NCBI RefSeq assembly: GCF_009914755.1
Contig: NC_060927.1
Reading direction: 5' to 3' (one strand)
DNA: 64,000 nt
From: the human T2T-CHM13v2.0 reference genome, Homo sapiens
Below, piece after piece: positions 20,973 to 39,308 of this stretch. The notes under the pieces were generated by a model. The model did no database searches. It had not been told where the DNA came from and worked only from the letters and a program-made list of their open reading frames with translations. Within the stretch, counting starts at the first letter, position 1. Every line of letters starts with the position of its first letter. The position numbers were made by a program, and so were the translations under genes.

Positions 20973-22168
20973 CTGCCCAACAGGAGACAAGGAAGTATAC
21001 ACAAAGATAGGCCAAGTAAAAAAAAGTAAGACTGTGACAGAGGAACAAAAATAAACGGCAACTGCCATGCCTAGAGGAACTCTATAATGTAAATTATATT
21101 AATTTATTCATTTAACAAGAAATAAATTGCAATTTTGTTACTAAGTACTTTGCACTATCTGAAATAACATGAGCACCAGTAAAATGTGATCAGGATAGAT
21201 CAGAAAAATTTAAAATACAACAGCCTTTCTGCACAGCCAATGTCCGTAATGCTAGGCTTCCTATAGTTTTAGACTACAACACTCAACAAAGCTATAATGC
21301 AAACCATTTAAACTCCTTTTCTGTAAAATATATCTTGTAGACTTTTCATCAAAGACTAAAAGGCTTAAGAAATGAAATCAGCTTGACATAATTACATTTA
21401 TTAAAAAGTCTTATACTGGATACAAAAATATTAAAATACCATGAGCATCTGGTATTTTACTATAGCAAATTAATACTACTAAAAAATTAGTGGCTAGATA
21501 GAATCAATTGTTCATAAGAAATACTCATAAAGTACATTTTACATTCAGTTACAATTTGAACTTAGTAGTCTTTTGCCCTGTTCTTTTAAATTAAGGTTTA
21601 TCTATTTCAACAAAATACTCATTTACCAAAATAAAAAAATCATAGTTCACATAGGTATTTTTTTGTAATCCATGCCTTTAACCTACCCATGGGGAAGCAC
21701 CAATATATTTCTCAGTGACATTCCAAAAGTACTGACACCATAAGACAGTAATTCTGGGATCGCATTACAGCCCAGGAAAGACTGAATCATTAGTGCTGTA
21801 ACATCACTCCCAGAATTAACGTTCTAGTGGTGGTAGCTCCAGAACAAATGACTGTAGTTCAAAAAGTACTGACGTTTCACGATATCTATGGGTAGGTATG
21901 GATGGAAATATCGTATTATTCACATATTCTTTTTCAGAATTTCTAACACTAGTAATGGTGTAAAGTTATTCAAGTACTCACAGGTTAACTGTAACCCTTC
22001 TCACAGTTTTTACCTTAAATTAACATATCACAGACATCACATGCAGGTTTGTAAGCACCAGTCTACTAAAAAATTACTATCATCAATGTTAATAATATTA
22101 GCCACAAATTACTACTTATTTCCTCAGTAAGAATAATTATGAGAATTTTCAGTTAATGATAGAATTAC

Positions 22169-22284
22169 CTTGCTGAAGTCAACAGTACTATTTTCTCTGC
22201 TTCCACCACTTCCATTACCTTTAATTTCTCCACTTTTACTATTGTCCAAGTTTCCAGGAGCAGACTGGGGAGAGGCCAAAATAC
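22169..22284 (-). CDS. SLC4A7: SLC4A7 coding exon, 116 nt (GILASPQSAPGNLDNSKSGEIKGNGSGGSRENSTVDFSK)
   Basis: Manual translation; AG/GT boundaries; phase 1-0. Confidence 0.95.
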
Positions 22285-23198
22285 CTATGTTTAAAGACAA
22301 ATTCCAAATTAGTAAGGAGAAAATTCACTTTGCAACCTGATTCTGCTCACATTCTGAAAGTGATGATTTATGAATATTATAAAAGCAAATGTGCAAGGTT
22401 AAAAAAAATAAGTGCCCGGTGTTAGTAACATACCAGCAAAACTAGAACAACATTTTAAGCAATACCAAAGCTATACATTTTAATATTTAAAATAATACAA
22501 TTAGAATTTACAAAAATTGTGGCCTTTTGCAAAAAGAAATAAAACGTGAGTTGGTGTGAACCACAAAAGATGGAAGACCTGAGTCTGATTATCATTAAAA
22601 ATACTTAGGGAATATACTTTTAATTATCATAAACATGTGAAATGCATGGAACTTAATGAAGCCTAGCTGTACTTAGCATGCTTTCAACAATAAATTCTCT
22701 GACAAACCCTAAGTGTAACTCAGAAAAAAGCTACACTAACTAAATGCAGATTGAATTAACATACTCTCCCATAATCAGAAGTTTCCTAAAGACTTTTCAT
22801 TTTTCTTTGTTAACATTTATGTCTATAATACCTATTGTCATTACTCCTAAGAAATCCAACTTTAAAATATAACAAGCAAGTTTTTTGCAATGAAATTGGC
22901 AGAGTAAGAGTTTTATAACCAAAGGGATCTGTGTTTAAATTATGCACTCTCTGCCACTTTGTATCTATGTGACTGTAAGAAACTCACTCCATCTCTAAGA
23001 GTCAGACAAACTCATAAAAATAGCTTATTTGGATTAGAAATGATACTTGTTTGGATTTCAAAGGACAGACACATATTGAAGCATTAGTATATTCATTTCA
23101 AAAGTGACATTCAACACCAACATTTCGCAATAATAAAAACACAGCTTAATATGAGACTAATCATTAACACTATGAATTCTAATTCTGCAAAAAAGTTA

Positions 23199-23917
<719 letters not shown>

Positions 23918-25182
23918 TCATTTTTTTCAAAACATCCAAGGTTTTCTAGTGCAAGAATATAGACTAATAATTCCTAAAACACTGAACATTATAGGAGGAA
24001 AAGGTACTGAAATACAACAGACTTTACTTTTTGTTTTAACTGTCCCATGCACAGCAACACATGGAAGTTCAGTTAAAATCTGTTTTGTGGTTAGATTCTA
24101 TAAGCTCTGAAGATGTACTGGTAATCAAGTTCCAGAATTTAAAGTACATCAGATATACCTGACACATCTAAAGGAGTTTTCACTTTTGTAAAACAGAATA
24201 TACTATAACCAATGAATACTGAAACTAAGTCATCTGGGTTTACGGCTTACGCTTTATGACAGAGACTGCTGTCATCGTCACTTCTCTGTAAATACCTAAA
24301 CTACAATGTTGATGTGACGAAAAATCTTAATTTGCAATCTATTTAGCCATGTGCTCACTTTCTGGAAAAGTTAAACAATTCCGAAATACAAACGATTTCC
24401 CAAGCCTCAACTCATTTCTTACAACCTTAGCTTGGCACACCAAGAAGATTCCTCTTCTTTGACCTTTGTCCCTAAACTTCCAGAAGAGTCCCTTCCTTGC
24501 TCAAGAGATAAAACGTTAACCAGTGTTTTTCAGTGACTTCCAACTACTTCCACACAAGAAAACTGAGAGTACCATTTGGCCCTGGTGGCAAACGCAGCTG
24601 AGCATTACATACTTCCAAAGGCTAAATGTATTCCACCTGTGTATATATATCATCAAAAGCATACATAACGCACAGTTTTCCAGAATAGTCCTAGCTGCCA
24701 GATATGAGGGAAAAAAGTGGAATGATGAGAAGACTCTAAGGAAAAGTAAGGATATGCCAGCAATGAGAAGAAGAAATAATGAAGAACTCAACATTGACAA
24801 AGTTAGCAGGTATAACCTGAAGTCACATGGCTAACCTGGTCATCTTGAAAACCTGTCCCTTTTTCAAAACTGGCACACTGGATGCATGCTACAGTTCTTC
24901 ATCATTATGATTTGTGTAGTCTTTCCCAACCTCAGCTAAACTAAAACTGTTTTCTCAATCAGTAAAGTCTCCCTGCTCCTATAATAAATTCCTAGCATTC
25001 ACAATGAGCAAATTACAAAAATAAAGCTATCATTAGCACAAACACAGAAGGACTATATTACTTTGCTTTAAGGAAAAAAATATATGTATAAGGAAATCAA
25101 AGATATCAGCATTTTCTTTAAATTTTTCTTTAAATTTCAAATTTTAAACTTTTCATTAAAAATTTGAAAGTGAGGTAGTTAC

Positions 25183-25401
25183 AGCAATGGTGCCCAACTA
25201 GGAAAGATTATGACCCCCAAGGGACTTGTGACAATGTATGGAGACATATTTGGTTGTCACAACTCGGGGGTGCTGCAGGCAGCTAGCCAAGGATATTGCT
25301 AAACATCCTATAAAGCACAGGACTACTCCCCTGCCACCCAATCACCCAGCCAAGAATCATCCAGCCTAAAATGTCAATAGTGCCAAGATTGAGAACCACT
25401 G
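25183..25401. mobile_element. MER20 (hAT-Charlie)
   Basis: ggagacatatttggttgtcacaact ... aatgtcaatagtgccaagattgagaa resembles MER20. Confidence 0.75.
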
Positions 25402-27112
25402 AGTTAGAAAAAGGTATTTACAAGTACTAAAAATAAATTCACTTCTTTTTTTTTTTTACTTTCCCTAGAGATGAGGGTCTCACTATGAACTCCTGGCCTC
25501 AAGTGATGCTCCCCTCTTGACCTTCTAAAGTGCTGAGATTACAGGCATGAGCTACCATGCCCAGCCACAAGTTTTATACATATTAATTTATACAATTTAT
25601 AATTTTATACATATAACTTTTATACATATAATTATCTTCTAAAAAGTAACTAATGGGAAATACCACTTTTTTATTATAGGTATGCACAAATTATGACTCT
25701 ATGACACAAAAATCCATGGTGTTAGTCGCTTGAGACATAATGATGCTGAGGCCACTTTCTTCCACTAAGACAGTACCAGGCATCAAGGAAACTCCATTAG
25801 AGTTTCTAGATGCTTTAAGCACCGAAAGTAATTGAACAGAGAATCATGTATAGCTGTCCCTATTTTTCCTCAGCAGTTACATACTATCTACAGTCGTCTT
25901 TTTAACTGTAATTCTTGTCTTTAGAAATTCCCTCTCTCCTCTCCACTCTAATTTCTTCTGTTCAAAAAGGCCGATAAATCTCATCACAAAAACTCATGGG
26001 AAAAAATGTATGTTGGATTCTCAGTTAATTTATCTCCTTAACACGGCCTAAGAAGCCAATGTGAACCCATCTCCCCCTTCTTTCCTATATAAAATTTATA
26101 GTTCCTAATTATTTATAACATAGAAGCTGGTAAAACAAGACATGTTCATTGTTACTGATCAATGTAATATTGGAAAAAATGGAAGGAAGTAGCTTTTAAA
26201 ATCACTTTTGTTCAAGGAAAAATAGTAAATCTTGTTAGTTCTTAAGATTAGAATGCTGATTACTTCTGAATAATTATTTTTAGGGTTGTTTTCCTCTTTT
26301 ATGTTCAGTTACTTCATCATTAAGCTTTATCTTTTTCACGAACTGATAAAGTTCACAATGAAATACTCTAGTATAGATTTTGTTGTAAGTGGACCTGAGT
26401 TCAAATCCCTGCTCTGGTTGATCTTAACATCTCCAAGTCTTTTTTCACTGAAAAACAGGAATAACACCAACCTCATCAAATCGTTACAAGAATTAGAAAT
26501 ATGGTATTTGAAAAGCACTTATCGCTGTCTCTGGAACAAACTATAAAACAATGGCAGCCATACTACTATTATAACTAATGTCATAATGATTTAGCCATGA
26601 AGCTTCTATTTGTACTTCCAAAAGTATATCCTTTTTTGCAACTACAATGAGCTTTGGCTAAATGTAACTGGTGTGTTTCCATAAAGCCAATAGAAAGAGA
26701 GGTTTACTTCATAATGATAGGAACACAAGGATTTCCAGTCAGAGGATTTAGGCCATCAGTTACTAGTTGTATGATGCAGGGGAAGATGACTAACTTTTCT
26801 AAGTTTCTGAAAATGGGTGTGTCCATCTAACTTACCCATATTTGTATACACATTAAATAGGCTAATAACCAAGCTACCCACTGAAGTGCTGGATGTTGTA
26901 TTTTGGAGAAATGTGATAATACTTATGTGATTAAAACCAATGGTTAGCATTAGTATCCATCACATTGAGGCTTAGCTGAAATAATTAAAAAGAAAAGTTA
27001 CTAAAATATATTTATTTTATATTAGGCAAAAAGATATATGTACAAATGTACATGTAGTCAACATAAGGATAAACCAAATTTTCATACTTTATAGCCCTTA
27101 AGATGAGTTATA

Positions 27113-28995
<1,883 letters not shown>

Positions 28996-29161
28996 TTCAT
29001 GGCAAATTAAAACATTATAAAAAATGACTATGTTTTACTGAAGTGTTCAAATGCCTTGACCTTTAAATCTAAGTGAAACTTTTTAAAAGGGCTTAAATTA
29101 TGTGTAGTCTTCTTTGTAGTCTTTTTGTAACTCAAATTTTTAATAATCTTACTCTTTTTTA

Positions 29162-29272
29162 TTAGGTTGGTGTAAAAGCAATTGAGTTCTTGCCACTGAA
29201 AGTAATTTTTGCCATTGAAAGTAAAGCAAACTTTCAACGGCGAAAACCGCAATTACTTTTGCACCAACCTAA
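29162..29272. mobile_element. MADE1 (Hsmar1 MITE)
   Basis: ttaggttggtgtaaaag ... aaaccgcaattacttttgcaccaacctaa. Confidence 0.88.
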
Positions 29273-29427
29273 CACAATCTATCATAAAGAAAAAAAAACA
29301 TGCAGAAGTCAAAATAAATTATAAGCATTATCTACATATGCTGCTTAAGCTATGTGCTAAAAGGCATTCCAAGTGCAAGTGACTCAGAGGCAGAAAGCAC
29401 CACACATGGAGGATTTTGGATAGTTGC

Positions 29428-29799
29428 CTGGAGTTAAGTCAACATTTTCCTCATTCTTCTGCTCCTCGCCTTTCAGCGCTGCTTCTAAGTCTTCCTCAGG
29501 CGGATGAATTACTACTGTGGGAATATCATCACTGGCAGGTGAAACCAGTAGTTCTGGGGCCTGACGCTGACTCTTTTGGGAACTTCTGGAGGTCAGGCGG
29601 CTGATGCTAGGGCTAGAAGGAGGACTGTTTTGAGGGGTGGGTACTGGGGTTGTACACCTTGAGCCTGCAGGGGTTCCAGCTCTTGAAGAAGGAAGAAGAT
29701 GACCGAGAAGAAGAGATAAAGGTGATTCTCCTCTCAAGGAAAGGTTTGAGGCAGACAGACCTGTTCGCAAAGAGTGGCGGGAGGCTGAAAGGCCTTCCC
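29428..29799 (-). CDS. SLC4A7: SLC4A7 cassette II exon, 372 nt / 124 aa (Ser/Pro-rich, PTVVIH)
   Basis: ORF 29384-29860; tatctcag acceptor; CAG|GCAACT GC donor; symmetric phase 1-1. Confidence 0.94.
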
Positions 29800-32045
29800 C
29801 TGAGATAAAACAAATAAATGAAAAATGATGAAGTCCACTGCAGAAGGCAAATAGAGACATTTAAAAAAAAATCAATTTACACTATAAATTGCATACTTCA
29901 AAGGCCCAAAATTTCAAAGTCATGTGATGGTTAGCATGTCAATCGGGTTTTTACATGTTAGAAAGTCACTAAAAAGTTGGTTAAAACTGTAATTAGTTCT
30001 CAGAACACATAAAAAAAAATTGTTAATGACAGATGGTGGGGGCAATATCCTGTTAGAAATTAGAATGACCAATAGCATGGCATTTTTAAAAAGGACAATA
30101 TCAATACAAAGTCACTGCTTAAACAATAAATAGCAAATGAAAATATGTAATACACAATTAATATAACTCAAACCAAAAATAACCAAAACTAATAGCTTAT
30201 ATTTAGCGTATTTTTCCTACATTTTACCAAACAGCTACAGACAATTATCTCTTAGAGAAAAAGTTCATGTTAACATTAAGTAATAATTTCTAACTTAAAA
30301 CTGGTATTAAATATTTACAATATTAAGTCAGTAAGACACCATCTACAGGTGGTGCTGCTCTGAAGTTTTAAAAAAAGACAAATAACAGAAATTTTTTAAA
30401 AAGAGAAACACAATGTCAATTTTAAAGGATACATATTCTTGAGCTCTCTAAAAATATTAATAAATGTCCTAAAGTATGCTTTTCATTTCTGATATGTAGC
30501 AGATACATTAAAACAAATACATATAATTTTTTATTTCACTAGCTAAGAATAAAGTACTTCTCACCAACAACAGCAATATAGCAGTAGGTCTAAAATATTT
30601 CAAAAGGTCATGCATACTTTTAATTAAACCCCTCATATTTGTACTAAGTGTATCTTAAAAGAATAACATTCTTTATGAAAAACATGCAAATACAATATTC
30701 AATTCCATATGGCCTAATCAAAGTTACATGCTCAAGAGGTTTCAGAAATAGTTAAACTATAATCCATTAGAAAACACCATTTAAACAATAAGCTACATGC
30801 AGGAAAAACTCAAATTATAACTATATTTCAACAAAAGAACATGCTAAAATGGCATTTAAAAGAAAACAGTCAATGTCTTCTGATGAGCAAATTACAATTG
30901 GACAATAGTGAGGAACAACTGCATACGAAGAGTAAAGACTGAATAGGGTCCCTCTGGATAAATGAACTTATTTCACCAAAGGAGAGAATATAAACAACAA
31001 ATAAAAGACAAAAAAGAGAGTTAAAATGCGCTATACATTGGCTTGTTTTTACATTGCATTTTGGTCCATAAGAGGTATTCTTTTACTCTTAAGATTGCTT
31101 AAATACAACATGGCATAATTTTAAATGGATTAAAAAGGGTTTTCATGGCCAAGTGGAAGATAAAAAAGATGATTATTTTCAACTTTAGAAAAACTAGACC
31201 CTATCACCTATGCTTGCTTGTTGGTAGAACACTTAAAAGTCATACTATTATTTCAGGGGTAAAAAAGATGAGCAGGCACTGTGCCCCATACTCCACTAGT
31301 CCTCACTGTAATCCTCACGAGCTTTGGGTAATAGTAGCAGCTTACAGCAACTACTGGAGGCTACAGTGACTCTCCATAAGCCACTCTGATCCTTTGCACC
31401 CGGGTTTTCCAGACTCACTGTCAGAGTTCTCAACCCTACTGATGCATTCCTCTGCTTTACACAGAAGAATAAAGAAAGGCAAAACCTCCAAGTGTCCAGC
31501 ATTAGGACACCAACAGAGGTAAACGACTGCAAAAACACTGTCTTCCCACATGCCACACAACCTGCCTGTAACCTAAGAATGAGAGTAGAAAGGTGGAATA
31601 TGTAGACCTGGGTCTGAGCCATTCTCAATGGATTAGAAGACACCAACTAGGTCACCCTTAGTGTAAGACTGGAACAGTCATAAAAGCCTTTCACAAGTTG
31701 TACAAATAAAGAGCCGTGAAATCAGCAAACCAATCCAAAAACACTTGTTTATACCAGCAAATCAAGTATGTTCAGGAGAAAAAAAAAATTAGGAAAAATC
31801 TAAAATAAAGGTTCAAACCCAAGATTTAGAATTTCAAAAAGGTAATATTAAAAATTATAGATCATAATTTATGCCTCTTTAATTAATTATACAAGAGGCC
31901 TTGAAAAGAAACAAAGCAGGAAGGAGAAGTAATTCAGAGGTAGGTATAGTGAGTGTTTAAATATCCCCAAATGTTAATCGTAACATACTGGAAAGCTGTT
32001 ACAGTAGAAGTGTTAGCAAAAATTGGATGCCACAACTTATCTCAC

Positions 32046-32234
32046 CATTCCTTTCAAGCAAGTGAGGGTCAGAATGTTTCTTGCCTATATCTGCAAAAGA
32101 TCGAACAAGAGGAATCCGACTGGTGAATCTTTTCTCATTCTGATGATGATGTCTCTTCAGAAGAGCTTCTCTGACATTCTCTCGTATGGACTCGTCTAAT
32201 TGGCCAGAAGCTATCATGTTGTCTAATACCATAT
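32046..32234 (-). CDS. SLC4A7: SLC4A7 coding exon, 189 nt; last 39 nt (32046-32084, GKKHSDPHLLERN) are cassette I
   Basis: ORF 31999-32232; distal GTGAG donor and an internal ATAG|GCAAG GC donor 39 nt earlier. Confidence 0.95.
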
Positions 32235-34517
32235 CTATTCAATGAAAAAAAAAATAAATTACTAAACACTCAGATGACCATAATATAGGAATAAACTGTG
32301 AGTGAAACCTTATGACAAAAATTAGAACCTTAAATAGCTCTAGAAAGTTTTATTCTGTCACAAATAATCAATGCAGAAATGAACATTATCCAACCAATAA
32401 AAATGAATTACAAAGACCGCCTTATTTTAATAAATACTATTATTTATAAAGAGGCTACTATTATATACTAATAGCCTTCCTATAGCTGAAAGTGCTTCCC
32501 TGTATGAATACAATAAATTCTATTAAGCTGAATATTCAATAATACTGGCTTCCTAAGATGTAAAGGTATTTTATTGCCAAACCTCATATTCTCCCCCAAA
32601 ACTGTTCCAGCAGATGAATATCAGGACCCACTCAGTCATTAACTATTCACTGAGCGTCCGCTGTGTGTTGGGAATACAGCAATTTAAAAATAACAAAACA
32701 GAGCCAAGTTTCTGCTCTCTTCGAGAGGTAGAGAAACCAACATACAAACAGATAAAACGTCATGAGGTCATAAGTTCTAGGAAGAGGAGTAAAATCAGGT
32801 TGTGAAAGGGATGTGGGGAATGGGGAAACTGATGGCAATGCCATTTTATACATTACTGAGGTGATTAAACTTTTTAATTTATAAAATATATATTAATAGT
32901 TTTAAATAGTGGTACTAACTTGGAAGAAGAGGGTCAAATTTTCAAAACTACATGGTTACTCTAAAAAAAACCCTGGAAGGACCAGCCTAATAGGTAAACT
33001 GTTAACCTTAACACAACAGCTACAGTTTAGCAAACAAATGAACACTAGATTATACAACATATACTAAAAGTACTACATGGTATTATGTGATAATTGCAAA
33101 CCAAAGTCTGAAACCCATATGTATTATACAAATTCAATATTCCCAACCTTAATTTTTCAGTTATTCATGTGAGACAAGAAAGTAAGGACAATTCAAATAT
33201 TTGCAGCACACAGTTAAATCTAACAGTAGGCTAAAATTGAAGTATTTCTAGCCTGAGAAATTGTATTAAGTTCATGGTTCTCTTGAAGATTAAATACTAC
33301 AGATTTTTTGTTTTTCCATGGGAGCAATCTACAATGGTAGTCCCACCATCAAATTCATTACTACCAAAGTTAATTTTGGTTTTTATTAATTTTAGTTAGT
33401 GGACAAAAAGCTGATTACAGCTGCCTTTTTCTACTTTCTACCTCCACATTATCCTTCAAATCTCCCCCTTTCATTTTCATTGCTCAACCTACCAGAGCTC
33501 TTTCTTTGCTTAGACTGTTCCTAGCCAATAACTGGCCTACTTGCTTCTAAACTCTTCCTAATCCAAAGCCACCCTACATTCTGTTGCCAGAATGATCTTC
33601 CTGAATGTGTATCTCATATCACACTATTCCTCAACTTAAAAACCATCAAGACCACCAAAATGCCTACCAAATAAAATCCTATTTCTTGGCTAGGCACCGT
33701 GGCTCACACCTGTAAACCCAAAACTCTGGCAAGCCAAAGTGGGCAGGTTGTTTGAGTTCAGGAGTTCAAGAACAGCATGGGCTACATGGCGAAAACCCGT
33801 CTCTACAAAAAATTCAAAAATTAGCCAGGCGTGGTGGTGTATACACCTGTGGTCCCAGCTACTCAGTAGGTTGAGGTGGGAGATCACTTGAGCCCAGGAG
33901 ACGGAGACTGCAGTAAGCCAAGATCGTGCCACTGCACTCCATCCAGCCTGGATGACAGTGAGAGACCCTGTGATCTCCCCCTTAAAAAAAAAATCCAATA
34001 ATTCAAGGCTAGTCACAATCTCATCTCTAACTGGGTTTCCCAACATACCTCCTAACACTACTGAAGAAATCTGTATATTCACACAGAACTGACTTTCCTG
34101 AGATTCCTGTCTATACTTCTCTAGACTTTTCTTTACTCTTCCTTAAAATACTTTTTCTCTTGTATCACCTACTCCTTGGTTCCCATGTGTTCACATTTTA
34201 TGAGTAACTTGTACAATTAATGTTCTCTGTGGCTATTCCCCACATCCCCATTCCAAAAAACAAGGAAACAAAAAACTCTTTTCTGAATTTCCACAGAACA
34301 GACTCTGTATTCGCTTGTGCCACTATTCACTCTCTTACTGATACTACACTTATGTCGGTTTAATTTAATCTCATCTGCAAATTTATCAAAGACAAAAATT
34401 CTATCTTATTTCCTTATACTGCACTCCACAGAATAGAAGCTCAGCATATAGTTGTTAAATGAATGTCTAAAATTCCACTACACCTTACATATTTTTTAAA
34501 AGTCAGTTTACTATAAC

Positions 34518-34678
34518 CTGCTATTTCATCTAGAGTGCTTGCTCTCATATCCAGCATGACTGTTCCATTGAGGATGCAACTCCTTAGTTCAAAAAGACTG
34601 TGCAAAGAGAGAGTTGCCACATAAGGTTTACTCCATCGGTCACCGCCATCTTCAACATCCTCTTCAAATTTCAGCCAT
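34518..34678 (-). CDS. SLC4A7: SLC4A7 coding exon, 161 nt ([32 protein letters not shown]...TLDEIA)
   Basis: Manual translation gives the Band 3 cytoplasmic domain motif; cattcag acceptor, GTTATA donor. Confidence 0.96.
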
Positions 34679-35198
34679 CTGAATGCATAATGTATAAAAA
34701 TATTTTATAAGTAATGAAGATTCCATTTGTTTATCTTAATGTGATAAAGAAACATTTGTTCTTTAAAGAAAAAAAAAAAAGAAATAAAGAAAACCACGAC
34801 CAAACACGTTTTCACAAATTAGGTTAATGGTCTACAATATCTATAGTCACAAATTTCCTTTGTAGTTCCTCTTTCTATTCTAGGTATCATAATAATAAGC
34901 CTACAAAAACAAACTATGGAATTTCATATAGTTTCTACTTCTATTCCTCTTCTAAACTTGCAATACACAAAATTGTAGACATTAAAATCTATAATGACAT
35001 AATTTCTTTATGAAAGTATAAAGGATTATTTAAGTAAACAAATTTGAGAATAAAGAGAAAAATTAAAGATAGAATTTCTATCAATTAATAAGGAAATTCT
35101 CTGCTCACTGGTTTAAAGCACCAGATATCTCATACTTTCAACTTAATATTCCCATTACAAAAAGAAATCAAGTAATGCCAATTTAAAAATGAGACTTA

Positions 35199-35493
<295 letters not shown>

Positions 35494-35517
35494 GAGAGAG
35501 AGACTTAGCAGTATTAC

Positions 35518-35656
35518 CTAGCAGTTTCTTTCCATTCATATTCTTCTCCATCTCTGTAACACAGTTCATCCATTTCCGTGAAGAGATCATGGGGAATATG
35601 TTCTTCATCATCATCTTCAGTACCAAGGATAAACTGAACTCTCTGGGATGGTGTAT
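35518..35656 (-). CDS. SLC4A7: SLC4A7 coding exon, 139 nt ([12 protein letters not shown]...EWKETAR)
   Basis: ORF 35514-35720; SLC4 family WKETAR motif; AG/GT boundaries. Confidence 0.97.
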
Positions 35657-36044
35657 CTTTACAAAATAAGAATTTACATATACTCAAATTTTTCCTCAAG
35701 TCATTCAAAGATAAATTCACAGTTTTGAAAATGAAACACTTTTGTTACCTGTATAAACAAATATATTTCATCAAAACTCTCTTAATTATTGAACTATCAC
35801 AATTCTGAAAGGAAACAAGAACCAACAATCCAGGAAAAAAAAAAAAGTCACAGAAAGATAATCTCTATAGAAAAAAAAGAAAATTATGTTGAAAATAAAC
35901 AAGTCAAACTAACTTTATAACTGATCTAAACAAACAAAAATAAAAGTAACATTCCAAAACATGAACATAATGCTCAAAGGCAGCCCTTTTTCCTCACCAA
36001 AACTACATGGAAAAGTTAGAACAGAACATTTAAAATATAAGCTA

Positions 36045-36328
<284 letters not shown>

Positions 36329-36373
36329 TCAATCAATAAAATAAAATAAAATGTGGCCGGGCACAGTGGCTCA

Positions 36374-36898
<525 letters not shown>

Positions 36899-38194
36899 TT
36901 AAAGAGTGAAAAATAGAAAATCTCCAAGTTCCAAAAAATGATGAGAAAACTCAAAGCTCCAACTATACAGAAACTGTCTTTTCCTACTATCATGGAGAAA
37001 CAAAACTGTAAGCTTGGGGTTTTGGGGTGGAACAAGTCACTACGAAGAACAGATAACCCACTCATGGCGTCTGAAATTAAACTACTTGTGTAGTATAGGA
37101 ACCCGAAACAGATGAATTAGCATAAATACTAGTCCAGGACAGTTGAAAGCCCTAGGGCTCCATATAAACAAATACACCACCACAAACAGTTACCCTGAAT
37201 ATGAGAGATGAGTTCTCACTCAAAATTTACACCTAAGTGAACAATCCTCCAAGTACTTGTGGATGCAACAAGGATATTTAAACAGGATAAAGAGTAGATT
37301 CAATGGAATTGTTTTCGTAAAAGTCAGATCTGAGAAAATTTCAGAGAATGCAGAAACAACAGATAAGAAGGAAGAAAACCAAAGATTAAGAGGGATGCAG
37401 AAAGTCAAGAACTCCAGGACAAGGAAAATAAAAGAATAGGAGGAGAAGCATATAAAAAACATATCTGAAAATTTTCCAGTATGTTTATGTCATGAGCCTT
37501 CATATTGAAGAAATAACCTAAGACCTAGGCAGGATTAAAAAAACACATATTGTGATTGAACTTCCTACTGTATTAAACTTTCCAGCATTTAGGTCTTGCA
37601 CAAATCTTTGTCAGAATGATCCCTAAATACTACTTTTAGTGCTACCATAAGCAATAATTTTAATTCCAATTTCTCATTACTCATTGCAACTATATAGAAA
37701 TATAATTGATTTTATATCCTGGGACCTGCTAAACTCACTTAGTTCTCTTAAGTATTGTAGATTGCTTAGGATTTGCTACCTACATGATCCTGTATCTGCG
37801 AATAAAGACCATTTTACTTTTTCATTCCAATCTGTATGCCCTGTATTCTTTCTTGTCTTATTACACTGGCTAGGTCTTCTAGTACAGTGTTATATAAAAG
37901 TCATCAGAGAGGACATCCTTTCCTTTTCCCAAATCACAGAAAATATTCAGTCATTAATTGTGAAATGTGATGTTGACTATATGGTGGTTTTCTTGGTTTT
38001 TGTAGATGCTCTTTATCAGGTTAAGGAAGTTTCCTGCTATTCTTAGTTTGCAGAGAGTTTTATCATGGATAGGTATTGAATTTTGTTAAAGGCTTACTTT
38101 GAACCTATTTAGATAGTTGTATTGCTTTTCTCCTTTGTATTGTTAATGACATTACTTAGTTACATTGACAGATGTTTAAGTTTTAAACCAACCT

Positions 38195-39308
<1,114 letters not shown>

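Noticed and set aside
22219-22219. Internal AAAG|GTAATG donor in the 116-nt exon
   Set aside because: Would remove 50 nt and frameshift; no support
24500-24990. Overlapping ORFs and a possible donor (GACCAG|gttagc near 24836)
   Set aside because: No convincing acceptor or frame; cannot support an exon from sequence alone
31999-32045. Read-through ORF past the cassette I donor (EISCGIQFLLTLLL*)
   Set aside because: A 14-codon extension is expected by chance
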